DNA from: the human T2T-CHM13v2.0 reference genome, Homo sapiens
Assembly: GCF_009914755.1 (NCBI RefSeq)
Contig: NC_060927.1
Length of the DNA stretch: 64,000 nucleotides
Direction: 5' to 3' (one strand)
A program made the translations under genes and the position numbers. Numbering within the stretch: the stretch's first letter is position 1; the number at the start of each line of letters is the position of its first letter. Below, one piece after another: positions 56,271 to 64,000 of the stretch. A model generated the notes under the pieces. The model ran no database searches, was not told the origin of the DNA, and worked only from the letters and a program-made list of their open reading frames with translations.

Positions 56271-59046
56271 TTTTATCTCTAAAGACAGAAAGGGGCTTGA
56301 CTTCCAAGTATCTAGGTCTTAATAAGCAACTCTGTATCTCACCTTCCAGTGTGATTGAAACCTGGTTGTTTTTCATTAAGTTAAAACTTGGGAAAATCAA
56401 TTTCTCAATTCTTTGCAGTTTGCTGTCTTATTAGACAGATGATCTTGTAGAGCAGAATGTGTCACAGTCACACACTAGACTGTAAGTATTTAATCTCAGG
56501 AAATTTCCCATCAGCAAAATGCAGAAAGAACCCTGGTTCCTAAAGATAGAATATACCATCAAATAAGAATTTACCTTTGTTAATCTATGATTCTTGTCTG
56601 CTTTGCAATATGCATAAATCTGCCAATATGTGAATGCTTTTGTACAGTAGTCAGTAAAGAAAAAATAATTTTTAAATCACATCCTTGCCAAAAATAATCT
56701 CAGTGTGTATGTATGCTCTGAAACAAATTTCTTATGTTTCCCATTTTTAGGGAATAATAAAAGTAAGATGTAAATGGGTACATACACATGGATCCAGTCT
56801 TCCTTTATTTCCTAAATAAACAAGTGTTTCCATGGAAAGGGTCTTAACATTAAAATTACCCATGTTCAAAAAGGAGAGAATGAATACATTTCTTTTTCAA
56901 AAGATAAACTATTCTCATGACATATTAATTTTCAGAGTATAAAATTCAAAATTATTTTTAATAAGTTTTGTGAAAGCTGCAGCAAATCTAAATGCCAAGT
57001 GTTTTGAGATGCATGTCTAATCAGTAGCTGTATTAATTTTGTATCTTCTAGCCATTATTGTTAATGGTTGAAGAAATAATGAAGTGTGTACTGAAAGCAT
57101 ACTCACTGCAATATCAACAAATTATTCAAAACCTGTTTAGTGCTTTTTCTTCTTTCTGAAAATTAATATACAGAAAGAAATACTATACACTAATAAACAG
57201 GCTTATTAAATGCCTTAAGTTTCTGTTTAAATGTTTTATAATATTTTAAGATATCGAACTTACAGATGTTATACACTTTACGTTCCTTAGAAAATAGTAA
57301 AATAATGGATAAAATTACTTTATATAGTTTTATAATAAGGGATGCTATGTAATAGTGTAATTGATTGTCATTTCTCTTTTTCTTTAAATTAGATTTTCTT
57401 TAATTTTATTAATTTATGTCATAAAAATGCCTCATTTCCTACTTTAATTTTTTTGACAGAGCTGCAGCTGAGTTTTAGATTGGTCTGGAATTTTAAATCT
57501 AACTTAATGCATGTTGATAGTAAATGAATCCTCTGAACAGTAAAATAGAATAAGTTGATAGTCTGGTAATTATGTTTTAGATCTGTAATAATAAAACGAA
57601 GTTTAACTGAATCTCTCATATTTTTAATTTTTAATTTTAAATTTTAATTGTCAAATAAATTTAATAAACTTCATTCTTAAAAATGGTATTATAATACATT
57701 ACTGTACTTATTTGGGTATATTCATATAGTTTATTATATTATACACATTATATAATATTTACCTTTATTCAATTTTATAATAAAAACTGTTGAAATTATA
57801 ACATTAAATATTAATAAACTTACACATTTAACTCATTTTCTAAAAAATATGGGTATAAATAAATACATGAATTACATAGACAGCCTTTTCTGAACATGTG
57901 TTTAATGAATAAGTTGTTAATCTAAATGCCTTATCTGAAATTCTGTTTCTCACATTGAAGAACTACATACAAATCAGCATAAACATTATAAGACAATATA
58001 GGTATCTTTAAATTAATCAGATATTCTCAATAGAAATTTTAGACTTGTAAGTTTAAATAATCGCTTGGCATTTTTAATATAAGCTTATGTGGTTGTACAG
58101 ATAAGTGCATAAAGGAAAGATGAATTAAATGTTCTGGCTGACAGAAAAGGGAAAAAGAAGATAGGGGAGAGAAAAGAGAGAAGTTACATAAATTCCCCCA
58201 AAACCTATTTATAATTCAGCTCCATTGACATGTACCACAGTATTTTTTTCAGGCTTGTTCAAAATGTGAACAAATAAGGGACTTACAAACTCTTTCCTTT
58301 ATTCATAATCACATGCTACAGTTTAATAAATATATCAATTGAGTTCAGGATTACTTATGAAGTGTTTAAGAACTCACAACAGGTGTTATTTATATTTTTT
58401 TAGTTATAGCTTTATTTCCTTATTTGGAACCTGGCTATAAATACTGACGTTTTGAATACAGTGATGGAAAGTTCTCTGCTAGGTATCAGGAAACTTCACT
58501 TACTGGCTTGGATTTCCTACTTAACAGAGATAAGGAAGCTATGGCAAGTTATGTATTTCTGATCTCAACTATAAAATCTGGAGATTGCTCTAAATTGAAG
58601 TTGTGTCTCATTACCAGGTCATAGGATACATTTGGTAACTCTCAATCAAATATGTTTTAATCAAATAAAAAGAACACAAAATATCAGCGTGTACCTATAT
58701 GGAAAGTCTATTTTGTTCATATAACTTTTTTATTTTTTTACACGTACACATCTTCTACTAGTGGTTTATTGTCAAATTTGAAAAACGTGCATAAGTAATT
58801 TGTCAAACAATAAACAGGGTTTCATTAGTAGAATATCACAGAAACTTTCATGCAATCTTACCAGAGAGAGATCAGGAGGAAATTAATCTCAGTCTCTATT
58901 TATTCAATGATCCATCCAATCATCTACTCTGCAATTGTTATGATGAGTGCGCTTCTGTCATGTTTTCTTTTAGCCTGTGAACACACAGTAGTGAATAAAA
59001 TAATGTCTTTGTTCTTATGCAATGCATGTTGTAAAATACACTGTCA

Positions 59047-59348
<302 letters not shown>

Positions 59349-59629
59349 CTATTTATCTATTTGGTACTTAATGTATTCATATGCTTACATAATTCATTAA
59401 TTGTTTTAAATAATGCTAGCATATTTTTGACAATCTATTATTTTCATTTTCATGTTATTTTTTGTAAACTTAATGTTTCTGATTTTAAATGTTTGTACAA
59501 TTAGTATTCATTTCTTCTAAAGTTTCTTCTTTTGCTCTAATCCTGTTTACAATAGCATTTCTATTTAATTATATTTTATATTTTATATTCTACAATCTTT
59601 GGAACCAAATAGACCTCAAATAGTTAAGA

Positions 59630-63268
<3,639 letters not shown>

Positions 63269-64000
63269 CCATGAATTCAGTTATTTTTTCTCTTTATTTC
63301 TTCAAAATATTATAGAGTTTTGATAAATTTCATTTTGCCTACATTGCATACATTTGGGTTTGTACTCATTTTATCATTTTAATTTTCCATAAGAAAATCT
63401 GATTGTTCTAAGATAGCTTAGAACTTGAATAGCTATCATGTGGGGGAAAAGACGTAAAATATACATTTTCTTCTGTTTCTTTCATGCTTTCAATTTTGCT
63501 GTTCGTTTACTTTTCACATTTTTACAAAAATATGAATTATTGTGCCATTATATGAGCTATCTTACAGAAAAGATGGCTAAATATAGTAACTGATGAACAA
63601 AAGGAACCAAATGAATGCTTTCTAATTGAATAAATAGAATAAAATTACATATTATCCATATATGGCTGTGATTGAACACTTGATTTAATTTGAATAATCT
63701 TATAGACTAAGAATATCTCAATAATCTTTGTTTTATTGTTTAACTTTTCTCTTTAATTATAAAAGTTTAGTTTCAAAAATATTTCAGATATTCATCTATA
63801 AATTGGATATAGGACCAAAAGAATGAAGTTACCCAGATATACTTAGTAGGTCAAACTAAGAAGTTTTTGTGACAACAACATTTATCTACAAATCTGAAAG
63901 AGCTGCCTCTGAAAGTAGCCTATTCTCTAATAATCTATGTCTTTTAACAGAGTGAATGTCAGTTGATCAAGAATATGTAGTTGTAAAAGTTCCATCATTG

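Overview
AT-rich, CpG-poor primate genomic DNA. An L1PA2 copy and AluY copies point to human or another great ape. Much of the window is retroelement-derived: one full-length 6.16 kb L1PA4/5 (45606-51764), several 5'-truncated L1PA/L1MA/L1ME copies (three with a 5'-inversion structure), 12 Alus, MaLR/ERV solo LTRs (THE1, MST, MLT1, MER4, MER21), an ERVL-type internal remnant with a decayed dUTPase, and old MIR/L2/MER5 fragments. I recognise no host protein-coding exon, tRNA, rRNA or CRISPR array. Every ORF in the track that I can identify is L1- or Alu-derived; the rest look like chance ORFs. The window reads as intergenic or deep-intronic. I did not find a convincing new biological system. 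The best leads are modest: a STAT/NF-kB/ETS motif cluster at 11.2 kb, a perfect 12-bp CpG-containing hairpin at 56.2 kb, an L1 inverted over about 94% of its length, single CpG-derived stops in both ORF0 and ORF1 of the full-length L1, a shared rare variant in two neighbouring AluSp copies, and candidate non-coding exons. Subfamily calls come from remembered consensus diagnostics, not a RepeatMasker run, and boundaries of old elements are approximate.
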